From Eledone cirrhosa (lineage: Eukaryota), in assembly GCA_964016885.1 (NCBI GenBank), contig OZ024750.1, positions 27,900,001 to 27,964,000 of the forward strand: a stretch of 64,000 bases of DNA. Reading direction: 5' to 3'. The notes beneath the pieces are model-generated. The model had not been told where the DNA came from. It saw nothing but the letters and a program-made list of their open reading frames with translations, and ran no database searches. How positions within the stretch are numbered: position 1 is the stretch's first letter; every line of letters begins with the position of its first letter. The translations under genes were made by a program, and so were the position numbers. This document shows, one piece after another, positions 31,883-54,496 of the stretch.

Positions 31883-33629
31883 AAGTATGCATGTATACGT
31901 ACATACATATATGTATACAGACGTACAGTAGCATGCACATATATATACATATATACATACATATGCATACAGGTACACATACATATATGCACGTATCAGT
32001 TTAGCGGCGCTTATTATAACGTCGCTTTGTTCGTTTGTAAACAAACTGAACAGCCTGAATTTATGCCATACGGTGTTAAGGCAACCACGTCACCTTTTTG
32101 TTCAACACTGACACAGGAACGATGTACTAGTTTCAAGCTTGTTAGCTATCATCAGCACCGTTTACCCATCTGCCAGATAGTTGAACGTTCGAAAGTATAT
32201 ACTTCCCTTATGAAAATTAAGGCTGAGCAGCCTAATTTGCATATTGAGTGAGTTAAATCGGTCAGGCATACCGAAAACGATAAATTGAAACAAAATGAAA
32301 ACGAAATTTCATTTCTCACTCTTAGTATGGCACTTACTTAAATGTAAGTATGCATGTATACGTACATACATATATGTATACAGACGTACAGTAGCATGCA
32401 CATATATATACATATATACATACATATGCATACAGGTACACATACATATATGCACGTATCAGTTTAGCGGCGCTTATTATAACGTCGCTTTGTTCGTTTG
32501 TAAACAAACTGAACAGCCTGAATTTATGCCATACGGTGTTAAGGCAACCACGTCACCTTTTTGTTCAACACTGACACAGGAACGATGTACTAGTTTCAAG
32601 CTTGTTAGCTATCATCAGCACCGTTTACCCATCTGCCAGATAGTTGAACGTTCGAAAGTATATACTTCCCTTATGAAAATTAAGGCTGAGCAGCCTAATT
32701 TGCATATTGAGTGAGTTAAATCGGTCAGGCATACCGAAAACGATAAATTGAAACAAAATGAAAACGAAATTTCATTTCTCACTCTTAGTATGGCACTTAC
32801 TTAAATGTAAGTATGCATGTATACGTACATACATATATGTATACAGACGTACAGTAGCATGCACATATATATACATATATACATACATATGCATACAGGT
32901 ACACATACATATATGCACGTATCAGTTTAGCGGCGCTTATTATAACGTCGCTTTGTTCGTTTGTAAACAAACTGAACAGCCTGAATTTATGCCATACGGT
33001 GTTAAGGCAACCACGTCACCTTTTTGTTCAACACTGACACAGGAACGATGTACTAGTTTCAAGCTTGTTAGCTATCATCAGCACCGTTTACCCATCTGCC
33101 AGATAGTTGAACGTTCGAAAGTATATACTTCCCTTATGAAAATTAAGGCTGAGCAGCCTAATTTGCATATTGAGTGAGTTAAATCGGTCAGGCATACCGA
33201 AAACGATAAATTGAAACAAAATGAAAACGAAATTTCATTTCTCACTCTTAGTATGGCACTTACTTAAATGTAAGTATGCATGTATACGTACATACATATA
33301 TGTATACAGACGTACAGTAGCATGCACATATATATACATATATACATACATATGCATACAGGTACACATACATATATGCACGTATCAGTTTAGCGGCGCT
33401 TATTATAACGTCGCTTTGTTCGTTTGTAAACAAACTGAACAGCCTGAATTTATGCCATACGGTGTTAAGGCAACCACGTCACCTTTTTGTTCAACACTGA
33501 CACAGGAACGATGTACTAGTTTCAAGCTTGTTAGCTATCATCAGCACCGTTTACCCATCTGCCAGATAGTTGAACGTTCGAAAGTATATACTTCCCTTAT
33601 GAAAATTAAGGCTGAGCAGCCTAATTTGC
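31883..33629 (-). mobile_element. Retrozyme-like tandem array: 463-bp unit x3.8, one HHR per unit, embedded in (TA)n
   Basis: HHRs at 32120-32160, 32583-32623, 33046-33086, 33509-33549. Confidence 0.88.
32120..32160 (-). ncRNA. Minimal type I hammerhead ribozyme (first copy of the 463-bp family)
   Basis: Minus: CGGUG CUGAUGA UAGCU-AACA-AGCUU GAAA CUAG UA/CAUCG; palindromic CUAG stem III. Confidence 0.92.
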
Positions 33630-33667
33630 CTATATGTATGTATATATATAATTTGCCTATATGTATG

Positions 33668-33728
<61 letters not shown>

Positions 33729-33729
33729 G

Positions 33730-33782
<53 letters not shown>

Positions 33783-33783
33783 G

Positions 33784-33952
<169 letters not shown>

Positions 33953-33958
33953 TATATG

Positions 33959-34075
<117 letters not shown>

Positions 34076-34096
34076 TTATATATATATATACATATG

Positions 34097-34130
<34 letters not shown>

Positions 34131-34151
34131 CATATGTATATATATATATAC

Positions 34152-34195
<44 letters not shown>

Positions 34196-34196
34196 G

Positions 34197-34228
<32 letters not shown>

Positions 34229-34229
34229 A

Positions 34230-34265
<36 letters not shown>

Positions 34266-34289
34266 GTATATATATATATATATATATAC

Positions 34290-34374
<85 letters not shown>

Positions 34375-34458
34375 CATATGTATATATATATATATATACA
34401 TATGTATATATATATACATATGTATATATACATATGTATATATATATACATATGTATA

Positions 34459-34501
<43 letters not shown>

Positions 34502-34618
34502 GTATATATATATATATATACATATATATACATATGTATATATATATACATATGTGTATATATATATATATATATACATATATATACATATGTATATATA
34601 TATACATATGTGTATATA

Positions 34619-34697
<79 letters not shown>

Positions 34698-34698
34698 G

Positions 34699-34736
<38 letters not shown>

Positions 34737-34742
34737 CATATG

Positions 34743-34830
<88 letters not shown>

Positions 34831-34913
34831 CATATGTATATATATGTATATATATATATATATACATATGTATATATATATACATATGTATATATACATA
34901 TGTATATATATAC

Positions 34914-34949
<36 letters not shown>

Positions 34950-35037
34950 GTATATATATATATATATACATATATATACATATGTATATATATATACATA
35001 TGTGTATATATATATATATATATACATATATATACAT

Positions 35038-35237
35038 NNNNNNNNNNNNNNNNNNNNNNNNNNNNNNNNNNNNNNNNNNNNNNNNNNNNNNNNNNNNNNN
35101 NNNNNNNNNNNNNNNNNNNNNNNNNNNNNNNNNNNNNNNNNNNNNNNNNNNNNNNNNNNNNNNNNNNNNNNNNNNNNNNNNNNNNNNNNNNNNNNNNNNN
35201 NNNNNNNNNNNNNNNNNNNNNNNNNNNNNNNNNNNNN
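35038..35237. other. Assembly gap (200 N)
   Basis: Run of N. Confidence 1.
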
Positions 35238-35255
35238 TATATAATATATATATAT

Positions 35256-35312
<57 letters not shown>

Positions 35313-35364
35313 TATATATATATGTATATATGTGTATGTATATATATAGTATATATATATGTAT

Positions 35365-35402
<38 letters not shown>

Positions 35403-35442
35403 GTATGTATATATATATGTATATATATATGTATGTATATAT

Positions 35443-37186
35443 AAGTATGCATGTATACGTACATACATATATGTATACAGACGTACAGTAGCATGCACAT
35501 ATATATACATATATACATACATATGCATACAGGTACACATACATATATGCACGTATCAGTTTAGCGGCGCTTATTATAACGTCGCTTTGTTCGTTTGTAA
35601 ACAAACTGAACAGCCTGAATTTATGCCATACGGTGTTAAGGCAACCACGTCACCTTTTTGTTCAACACTGACACAGGAACGATGTACTAGTTTCAAGCTT
35701 GTTAGCTATCATCAGCACCGTTTACCCATCTGCCAGATAGTTGAACGTTCGAAAGTATATACTTCCCTTATGAAAATTAAGGCTGAGCAGCCTAATTTGC
35801 ATATTGAGTGAGTTTAAATCGGTCAGGCATACCGAAAACGATAAATTGAAACAAAATGAAAACGAAATTTCATTTCTCACTCTTAGTATGGCACTTACTT
35901 AAATGTAAGTATGCATGTATACGTACATACATATATGTTACAGACGTACAGTAGCATGCACATATATATACATAATATACATACATATGCATACAGGTAC
36001 ACATACATATATGCACGTATCAGTTTAGCGGCGCTTATTATAACGTCGCTTTGTTCGTTGTAAACAAACTGAACAGCCTGAATTTATGCCATACGGTGTT
36101 AAGGCACCACGTCACCTTTTTGTTCAACACTGACACAGGAACGATGTACTAGTTTCAAGCTTGTTAGCTATCATCAGCACCGTTTACCCATCTGCCAGAT
36201 AGTTGAACGTTCGAAAGTATATACTTCCCTTATGAAAATTAAGGCTGAGCAGCCTAATTTGCATATTGAGTGAGTTAATCGGTCAGCATACCGAAAACGA
36301 TAAATTGAAACAAAATGAAAACGAAATTTCATTTCTCACTCTTAGTATGGCACTTACTTAAATGTAAGTATGCATGTATACGTACATACATATATGTATA
36401 CAGACGTACAGTAGCATGCACATATATATACATATATACATACATATGCATACAGGTACACATACATATATGCACGTATCAGTTTAGCGGCGCTTATTAT
36501 AACGTCGCTTTGTTCGTTTGTAAACAAACTGAACAGCCTGAATTTATGCCATACGGTGTTAAGGCAACCACGTCACCTTTTTGTTCAACACTGACACAGG
36601 AACGATGTACTAGTTTCAAGCTTGTTAGCTATCATCAGCACCGTTTACCCATCTGCCAGATAGTTGAACGTTCGAAAGTATATACTTCCCTTATGAAAAT
36701 TAAGGCTGAGCAGCCTAATTTGCATATTGAGTGAGTTAAATCGGTCAGGCATACCGAAAACGATAAATTGAAACAAAATGAAAACGAAATTTCATTTCTC
36801 ACTCTTAGTATGGCACTTACTTAAATGTAAGTATGCATGTATACGTACATACATATATGTATACAGACGTACAGTAGCATGCACATATATATACATATAT
36901 ACATACATATGCATACAGGTACACATACATATATGCACGTATCAGTTAGCGGCGCTTATTATAACGTCGCTTTGTTCGTTTGTAAACAAACTGAACAGCC
37001 TGAATTTATGCCATACGGTGTTAAGGCAACCACGTCACCTTTTTGTTCAACACTGACACAGGAACGATGTACTAGTTTCAAGCTTGTTAGCTATCATCAG
37101 CACCGTTTACCCATCTGCCAGATAGTTGAAACGTTCGAAAGTATATACTTCCCTTATGAAAATTAAGGCTGAGCAGCCTAATTTGC
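35443..37186 (-). mobile_element. Second 463-bp HHR array (probably an assembly duplicate of 31883-33629)
   Basis: HHRs at 35680, 36142, 36603, 37065; same start and end junctions; scattered 1-bp indels. Confidence 0.8.
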
Positions 37187-41075
<3,889 letters not shown>

Positions 41076-41408
41076 ATATGTTTGTGTGTATATGTAGGAC
41101 TGTACATACATTTATATGTATGTATGTAAGTATGTATGTCTGTATATATGTATTATATATATATATTAATACATTCATATAGAATTACATACATGCGTGC
41201 TTGCATATATACATACACGCACAGATATTCAGACAGATGCACACCACCATACTCATATATATATATATATATATTATAGTGTATAGTGTATAGGCATTTA
41301 AATGTATGTACATATATGTATATGCATGTCACTCAAGTTGTATGCACGATTAGATAGACCTAGAAAGAGTTAGACACATACAAAACTGTCACACACTCTC
41401 TCTCTCTC

Positions 41409-41518
<110 letters not shown>

Positions 41519-41696
41519 CACACACACACATACTCACAAACACACGCGCAAGCTTACTCATACATACATATTTATGTATAGACACGCCTGTAAATGCATG
41601 TGCGGTCGCGGATGCGTGTATTTTTGTGTGTGCAAATATATATATGAGAGAATTTGGCTATGCTTACATTTGGAGCTTCATGGCAGTATAGTTAAT

Positions 41697-41817
41697 AATT
41701 GTTTCTACTTTTGGCACAAGGCCAGCAATTACTCAGTACATTACTGGTACTTTATTTTATCGACCCCGTAAGAATGAAAGGCAAAGTAAACCTTGTCTCG
41801 ATTTGAACTCAGACCAT
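41697..41817 (-). mobile_element. 5'-truncated tRNA-SINE with target-site duplication
   Basis: Flanked by direct repeat agtatagttaataat. Confidence 0.8.
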
Positions 41818-42044
41818 AGTATAGTTAATAATATGCAAAATGTTACAATTTCAAGATATTAGTTCACTATTTGCGTGACTATCTAGGACGTTATTTGCTG
41901 GTTTTCATTTTGTTAGTGTTTAAATCTAGGTCTAGCATGACCGAAGATATTCAGTATTAAAGACGTCCTAGACATAACCAAATTTTTTGTGAATGAGGGA
42001 CTTATCGCCCTGTGTATATTTTGCTAATTAAACTGTAACGTTTG

Positions 42045-42250
42045 GCTAGAATGTCCCAGGAAAGAATCGCTGAACAGATTTTAGGGGCAAGACTAACAGG
42101 CAGGATTCCCAGAGGTAGACCCGAGCAATATTGTTAGATAACATCAATTAACTAGGCCGGTTTCGCTTGTGAACCAGCCGCATCAATTAGAGACGGTTGT
42201 TTCTGATAGGACCCATTTGAAAGAGTGTTTGCGGAGTCTGCCCCACGACC
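42045..42250 (+). mobile_element. RTE-clade LINE 3' fragment
   Basis: RMSQERIAEQILGARLTGRIPRGRP...QPHQLETVVSDRTHLKECLRSLP; homologous to 55787-56025. Confidence 0.7.
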
Positions 42251-42410
42251 TGTCTATCGCCTCACTATTTTTCTTTTCTTTCTCACTCACTCTATCTCTC
42301 TCCTTCTCCTTTATATACAGGAAAAGAGTTAAGACCGAGGCCGGCCTGAGTTCCGGCGCTTTCGACAGCTATATCCGAGTACTCTGGTGCGTTATGGTTC
42401 TGACTCTTTT

Positions 42411-42446
<36 letters not shown>

Positions 42447-42790
42447 GTGTGTGTAATTAAGTAATGTATAGATTATTTGTATATACACATATAGCAAGAG
42501 ACACTGGAATCGAGAAGGAAGCCTACAAACCTTGATGGGTAACAAACTGTTGGCGTGAAGTTGTGCTTGCTATCTCACCTGAGGGCGATGGATAATATAT
42601 ATATATTATAGATAAAATATTTTAATGTTCCATTGATCTTTAATACTTAGTGGTTGTTCCTGACTTTATAGCAGAATTTCCACATCGTTAGCTCGTCTCT
42701 CTCTCACTCTCTCTCACTCTCTCTCACTCTCTCTCACTCTCTCTCATTCTCTCTCACTCTCTCTCTCTCTCTCTCGCTCACTCGCTCACT

Positions 42791-43673
<883 letters not shown>

Positions 43674-44059
43674 CTTGTGTGTATGTGTTTATTCATTCCA
43701 TATCTCAACGCAACAGATACTTTAGATTTTATAAATTTTATCCTTCAACCTCTGCCCCGTAAAATATTTATTACGTTGGTGATTCAGAAACAAATATTTC
43801 TCCGTGACTAAAATATATGACATTAATATAACAAACTGAAGTATGCCGAAAACAACCTTTAAACAACTAGCAAAGAAACAAAGTGTGTATTGAAGAAAAT
43901 ATTTGGAATTGCTTTAGAGCAAGATTTAAATTGGAGAAATGGATTGGTAATTCTCAAGAGACAATACTTTGGTTGGAATCAAAACCTATATTTCATTTTA
44001 TATAATCACTTCCTATTTTACATCTTTCTGGAACGGAGTTTGGTTCAAATTCCTTCCAC

Positions 44060-44212
44060 ATACATACCCACATACATACAAATATACATACTTACATATC
44101 TACCTAGTTGATATTGTGTAAATTCCAATGAGAGAGTCTTGTGTCTATGTTAGAAACCGACTCTCGCTATTGATAAAAATGTGTGAAATTATAAGACCAG
44201 AACATACATACA
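44060..44212 (+). mobile_element. 3' UTR-only copy of the R4/Dong-like LINE
   Basis: Matches about 16840-16975 (ctacctagttgat...gagagagtcttgtgtctatgttagaaaccgactctc...accagaacatacatac). Confidence 0.8.
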
Positions 44213-44454
44213 TGCATGCATGCATAAACACGCACACATACATACATAAACACATATATACATACATACATAAACACATACATACATGCATATATATTAT
44301 ATGCATGCATACATACATAAACACTTATATACAAACCCATTACGCATTCTCTCCATCCTTCTCATATCCAACCTCCCTCATGCTATCCTGTACTGTTTCT
44401 CTACTGTTCTGGTGACTAAGCTTGGTAGAGCTTATATTCAGCACTATATTTTTG

Positions 44455-44514
44455 TTTATTACGCTCTGATGATTCCTGCCCAACGGTATGGATGAAACAT
44501 TGTTGGCGAATAAA
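44455..44514 (+). ncRNA. Type I hammerhead ribozyme (solo)
   Basis: UUUAUU-A-CGCU CUGAUGA UUCCUGCC-CAAC-GGUAUGGAU GAAA CAUUG UU/GGCG AAUAAA. Confidence 0.8.
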
Positions 44515-44594
44515 AATTGTATAAGTATGTAGGCGTTCTTTGATTTATTTTATCTACATAAACACATACATACATACACACACACATACACACA

Positions 44595-44632
<38 letters not shown>

Positions 44633-45111
44633 TAAATAGTAAAACAAAATTCAAATTTTAGATCAGGAATGATTTGAGCAAATTGAAACAATTGAAATAC
44701 GCAAGTGTAGTCTTTAGGGGATAATGATTCTAAATTGAGCCAACTCCCACGTGGAGACAACAGGGATTATACGTGTAAGATGAAAGGGGTTATTGAATAT
44801 AATTAAGTAAGCATATCCTTTATCTTGCATTCATTAATGGTCGATAAAAAGTACCAGTCAAGTACTGGAGTCGATTCTTCCTATATATCTATCTCCCACT
44901 TTCTCTCTATCCTTCTCTGGAAGAAATCTGCTGTATTCAAACCTGAGAGGAGATGGGATCCGCCAGGATTTAAAAGATAAAGCCTAGAAACGTCGTATTT
45001 CAATATAGCGCCTCTACGACTCCTTAGGAGTTACGGGTCCATACCATACCATACCATCCATACCTGTAATCTTTAGCCAAGTTTTATATTGGACATGTTG
45101 TCTATAATACT

Positions 45112-46325
45112 GATTTCTACTATAGGCACAAGGCCAGCAATTTTGGGGGAGGGGAAAGTCGATAAATCGACCCCAGTGTATTACAGATGCTTTATTTTAT
45201 CGACCCTGTAAGGATGAAAGGCAAAGCTAACCTCAGCAGGATTTGAACTCAGACCATAAAGGGGCGTACGTCTATGCTGCAAAGCATGGTGTCCGACGCT
45301 CTACCGATTCTGCCAAACGTCTATAATACTGTGATATTACTAGGAAACAACACACACACACACACGTCTATAACGTTTTTAAACGAAGCTCTGCTATTTA
45401 ATAAATGTTAAAATAACCTAAAGTTATTTCATCAGAGATGAACGTCAATCAACTTCTTTCTGTTAAATTCTATTTGACACTTGATATATACTATAACATG
45501 CCGTGATGATATTATATTAACACTGTAAAGTTTTAATAACATATCATATATCCTATAACATATGCGTAACAATTATATTAGTTCTGTATAGAATAATATT
45601 CTCAAATGTTATCCATATTAACTCTTTGATTACTTAAATGTTTCCACAGCTAATATAAACATCTCTCATTAAACATGTATTTCTTTCAAGAACACACAGC
45701 ACACAACACAACACACACAACACACACACGCACACACATTCTGTAAAAGGGGTTAGTTTAATACATCCAAAGGGCAGATTCCACACATCTTAGAATAACC
45801 CCTATAAAACATAATTGAATTTACGACTCGATCAAAGCTAGGTCTGACAATCTCTTAAACTTCTCCTTAAATAAGGCTACAAACAATCCTCTGTGGAATC
45901 TCTTGTCCTAGTAGAAATAGTGGCAAAATCGCTTACATTCTGGAAAGAGGTGATCCATTAAACAATGCAATTTTAAAAACATAATAGTTTCTACTTTTGG
46001 CACAAGGCCAGCAAATACCCAGTGTATTACTGGTACTTTATTTTATCGACCCCGTAAGGATGAAAGGCAAAGTTAACCTCGGTGTGATTTTAAAACATAA
46101 TGCCAGAAGAAATAAATAGTTTTTGACATAGGGCACAAGGCCAACAATTTTGGGCGGAAGGGAAAGTCAATTAAATCGACCCCATTGCGTGACTGGTATT
46201 TATTTTATTGATCCCGTAAGGATGAAAGAAAAAGCTAACATCGGTGGTAATTGAACTCAGAACATAAACGGCTGTAACTGTATGCTGTAAAGCATTGTGT
46301 CTGACCCTCTACTGATTCTGCCAAT
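45112..46325 (-). mobile_element. Three tRNA-SINE copies (45112-45316, 45985-46090, 46125-46325)
   Basis: Homology to dominant family; TSD gtctataatactg around the first copy. Confidence 0.8.
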
Positions 46326-46703
46326 GGGATTGACATACCATTTGGACATGCCTCGGTGAACAGATCATTAGTCAATAGATATCTCACATAGATCTATCTA
46401 GTCACATCTCAATGAACAGAAAACTGATCTATATTACTTATACATCTATCTCGTCACACATCAATGTACAGAACACAAATCATTAAATATTCCTGATATA
46501 TACACACATACATAAACACATACATACACACATACATACACACATACATGTAATAATAATAATTGTGAAGACTAAAATCCGAAGAGGGCCCGATAAGGAT
46601 TATACTGTATATATAAATATATATAAAAACCCGTAGAGCAAATATTTCAGAAGATCCGTTAAGGGTGAAAGCAGCGATTCTTTGCTTAAACTTTAATCTG
46701 TTA

Positions 46704-46749
<46 letters not shown>

Positions 46750-46760
<11 letters not shown>

Positions 46761-46910
46761 ATAGCTTTCACCGTATTTTTAACTAAAGCAATTTTTGCTT
46801 GATAACGGGGTTTATACTCATCTTTTTCCATTTATCTGAAGGTTCTAAACCCCGTTATCAAGCTAAAATTCCTTTAGTTAAAAATACGGTGAAAGCTATA
46901 TATTTTCTAA
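46750..46910. repeat. Inverted repeat (about 65-bp arms, about 30-bp spacer) next to (TA)n
   Basis: ttagaaaatatatagctttcaccgt...ggggttta / taaaccccg...acggtgaaagctatatattttctaa. Confidence 0.85.
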
Positions 46911-47585
46911 TTTCAAACTCGCTCACTGTTTCAAAACATACTTACTTGCCATATATATATATACCTTTTACCCTTTCTAGCAGTCTCTCTCTCTGTTAGC
47001 CTCCTCCTCAACTTTCACTCACTCATTCTCTGTCACTACCTCTCCTCCTCCTCTTTCCTCCTCCTCCTTCAAGTTTGACCTGTGTGTAATTCTTTTCTCG
47101 CGCAGTCTTGACCGAGCTGGTATGGAATTTTTTTCTCTCTCTCCTTCGTCTGTGACTTCACAAAACTTGCGTTTACCGAATTCGCAGACCAGACCACCTT
47201 ATCTTCTTCTTCTTCTTCTTCTTCTTCTTCTTCTTCTTCTTCTTCTTCTTCTTCTTCTCTCCTTTCTCTTTCTCTCTCTCTCTCTTTTTTCCCCCCGTCA
47301 AACTTGGGCGAAATTCTTTCCTTACTCACATTTCTACCAGGTTCGATGGTCTTTCGTCTCTTGTTCACGATTTCACAGAGTTTATATTCACAGAGATCTG
47401 GGACTTGTCTATTTCTACTCACCTTCCGTTGCTTAAACCATTTTTGTTGTTACTCTGGCGTCCCCCTTTATTTACGTGTCCCAACGACTTTTTTTAGCCG
47501 TTGTTCGCACCAACCTGAGGCATATGGCCCTTAAAGCGATGAAATGCCGAGGATGGTTGGAGGGTCACTGATGAAGGACTCACTT

Positions 47586-47642
<57 letters not shown>

Positions 47643-48004
47643 CTTGTCTCACGAGACGATATATATGTCCTTCTATTTTCAATTGAGTAGCATACACTTT
47701 GAAAGAGATTTAGCTGCTATTTATTGGTATTTGAGCGACTACCAAAAGAACACTCTTGACAGACAAGAAGATTCAACAGGGTGAGTGTATTGACGTAAAT
47801 TATTTAACTTCACCGAAGTAATAAGGAACGTATTAGTCATGCTAAATTTGAAGTTAGTCATGATAGTGACTAATTTCTAATTTACCCATATAAACAGACA
47901 CGTAAACAAAAATAAAAGAAGACTATCCCAGTAGTTATTTAAGTATATATGTCAGTGCATAGACATCTATCTGTCACACGATAAACAAAACACATGCATG
48001 CATA

Positions 48005-51000
<2,996 letters not shown>

Positions 51001-51021
51001 ATATATAGATATATATATTCA

Positions 51022-51502
51022 CATAAATTGAATAGAATGAAACGAAATTTCATTTCTCACTCTTAGTACGGCACTTACTTAAATGTATGTATGTATGTAT
51101 GTATGTATACGTACATACATATATGTATACAGTCGCACAGCAGCATGTATATATACACATACATACACACATATATATATGCACGTATCGGTCTACCGAA
51201 CATCCACTATAATGCTCGGTTTGTTTGTTTGTAAACAAACAATTAATTCGGGCTGTTTGTTTGTAAACAAACAAACAGCCCGAATTACGTCGCACAGTGT
51301 TTAGCCAACCACGTACCAGTCTCAAGCCCACCAGCTATCGTCAGCACCGCACACCTTCCTGCCAGGTGGTTGAACGTCCGAAAGCATATACTTTCCGTTT
51401 ATATGCATAAGGAAAGTATATGCTTTCGGACGTTCAACCATCTGGCAGGAAGGTGTGCGGTGCTGACGATAGCTGATGGGCTTGAGACTGGTACATCGTT
51501 CC
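51022..51502. mobile_element. Diverged relative of the 463-bp element in inverted (fold-back) arrangement, HHR cores mutated
   Basis: Homology to the 463-bp unit; plus-strand 51458-51498 reads CGGUG CUGACGA UAGCU-GAUG-GGCUU GAGA CUGG UA/CAUCG. Confidence 0.8.
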
Positions 51503-53115
51503 TGTGTCAGTGTTGAACAAAAAGGTGACGTGGTTGCCTAAACACTGTGCGGCGTAATTCGGGCTGTTTGTTTGTGTCAGTGTTGAACAAAAAGGTGACG
51601 TTGTTGCCTAAACACTGTGCGGCGTAATTCGGGCTGTTTGTTTGTGTCAGTGTTGACCAAAAAGGTGACGTGGTTGCCTAAACACTGTGCGGCGTAATTC
51701 GGGCTGTTTGTTTGTGTCAGTGTTGACCAAAAAGGTGACGTGGTTGCCTAAACACTGTGCGGCGTAATTCGGGCTGTTTGTTTGTGTCAGCGTTGAACAA
51801 AAAGGTGACGTTGTTGCCTAAACACTGTGCGGCGTAATTCGGGCTGTTTGTTTGTGTCAGTGTTGAACAAAAAGGTGACGTTGTTGCCTAAACACTGTGC
51901 GGCGTAATTCGGGCTGTTTGTTTGTGTCAGCGTTGAACAAAAAGGTGACGTTGTTGCCTAAACACTGTGCGGCGTAATTCGGGCTGTTTGTTTGTGTCAG
52001 TGTTGACCAAAAAGGTGACGTGGTTGCCTAAACACTGTGCGGCGTAATTCGGGCTGTTTGTTTGTGTCAGTGTTGAACAAAAAGGTGACGTGGTTGCCTA
52101 AACACTGTGCGGCGTAATTCGGGCTGTTTGTTTGTGTCAGCGTTGAACAAAAAGGTGACGTTGTTGCCTAAACACTGTGCGGCGTAATTCGGGCTGTTTG
52201 TTTGTGTCAGTGTTGAACAAAAAGGTGACGTTGTTGCCTAAACACTGTGCGGCGTAATTCGGGCTGTTTGTTTGTGTCAGTGTTGAACAAAAAGGTGACG
52301 TTGTTGCCTAAACACTGTGCGGCGTAATTCGGGCTGTTTGTTTGTGTCAGTGTTGAACAAAAAGGTGACGTTGTTGCCTAAACACTGTGCGGCGTAATTC
52401 GGGCTGTTTGTTTGTGTCAGTGTTGAACAAAAAGGTGACGTTGTTGCCTAAACACTGTGCGGCGTAATTCGGGCTGTTTGTTTGTGTCAGTGTTGAACAA
52501 AAAGGTGACGTGGTTGCCTAAACACTGTGCGGCGTAATTCGGGCTGTTTGTTTGTGTCAGTGTTGAACAAAAAGGTGACGTGGTTGCCTAAACACTGTGC
52601 GGCGTAATTCGGGCTGTTTGTTTGTGTCAGCGTTGAACAAAAAGGTGACGTTGTTGCCTAAACACTGTGCGGCGTAATTCGGGCTGTTTGTTTGTGTCAG
52701 TGTTGAACAAAAAGGTGACGTTGTTGCCTAAACACTGTGCGGCGTAATTCGGGCTGTTTGTTTGTGTCAGCGTTGAACAAAAAGGTGACGTTGTTGCCTA
52801 AACACTGTGCGGCGTAATTCGGGCTGTTTGTTTGTGTCAGTGTTGACCAAAAAGGTGACGTGGTTGCCTAAACACTGTGCGGCGTAATTCGGGCTGTTTG
52901 TTTGTGTCAGTGTTGAACAAAAAGGTGACGTGGTTGCCTAAACACTGTGCGGCGTAATTCGGGCTGTTTGTTGGTGTCAGTGTTGAACAAAAAGGTGACG
53001 TTGTTGCCTAAACACTGTGCGGCGTAATTCGGGCTGTTTGTTTGTGTCAGTGTTGAACAAAAAGGTGACGTTGTTGCCTAAACACTGTGCGGCGTAATTC
53101 GGGCTGTTTGTTTGT
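51503..53115. repeat. 70-bp minisatellite, 23 copies, derived from the HHR element
   Basis: aacactgtgc recurs every 70 bp from 51541 to 53081; unit matches the reverse complement of 463-bp unit sequence next to the HHR. Confidence 0.93.
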
Positions 53116-53349
53116 TGGAGTTAGCTCCAGCTAACTCCAACAATAACAACACTTAGAATGAGGAATGTTCTAATAACTGACCAATGAGAGGAGAAGGGGA
53201 CCTTTGACACTGAAATTCGTTTGTTTGAATTCATATGACTCCAGTTCCTCAGTGAATTAACAACCCAACAAGGAACTGGGCATATCAGAGTATTGACAAT
53301 ATTATACACCTAAACAACATATGTACTTGTCTATACCATACTAATTCAA

Positions 53350-53404
53350 ACTGCCTGAAGAGGTCACAGCCAAAGATGGCTGTCACTGAAATATATATAG
53401 CAGT
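53350..53404 (+). ncRNA. Type I hammerhead ribozyme (family A, second copy)
   Basis: ACTGC CTGAAGA GGTCACAGCCAAAGATGGCTGTCACT GAAA TATATA TA GCAGT, followed by AATAAA and then (TA)n. Confidence 0.87.
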
Positions 53405-53458
53405 AATAAACGAAGCTAAATTTTAATCATTTGACTTTTATTTAACTTTATTTTATAT

Positions 53459-53633
<175 letters not shown>

Positions 53634-53664
53634 TATATATATATATACATATATATATACACAC

Positions 53665-53809
<145 letters not shown>

Positions 53810-53846
53810 TATATATATACACACACATATATATATATATATACAC

Positions 53847-53967
<121 letters not shown>

Positions 53968-53994
53968 TACATATATATATAAATATATATATAT

Positions 53995-54072
<78 letters not shown>

Positions 54073-54086
54073 GCATATATACATAT

Positions 54087-54129
<43 letters not shown>

Positions 54130-54232
54130 TATATACATATACACACACATATATATATATATATACACATACATATATATATATATACACATACATATAT
54201 ATATATATACACATACATATATATACACATAA

Positions 54233-54299
<67 letters not shown>

Positions 54300-54349
54300 C
54301 ATATATATATATATACACATACCCGTATATATATATATATATATATATA

Positions 54350-54385
<36 letters not shown>

Positions 54386-54496
54386 ATGTATATATATATA
54401 TATCTTAACTATAATAAAGAAAGGAGTGCGGGATTGCGTCTAGAACATATTTTTTTTACCCCGTTTGTAAAATAAGTTGGTTTACTTTGAATAAAT

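Noticed and set aside
32295-32714. Repeated 139-aa ORF in the 463-bp unit
   Set aside because: No recognisable domain, partly microsatellite-derived, and antisense to the hammerhead
47564-47590. CTGATGA next to (TA)n
   Set aside because: No GAAA or stem partners follow
51503-53115. CRISPR-like appearance of regular repeats (also 4108-4478 and 14500-15130)
   Set aside because: Contiguous tandem units without unique spacers, no cas genes, eukaryotic context
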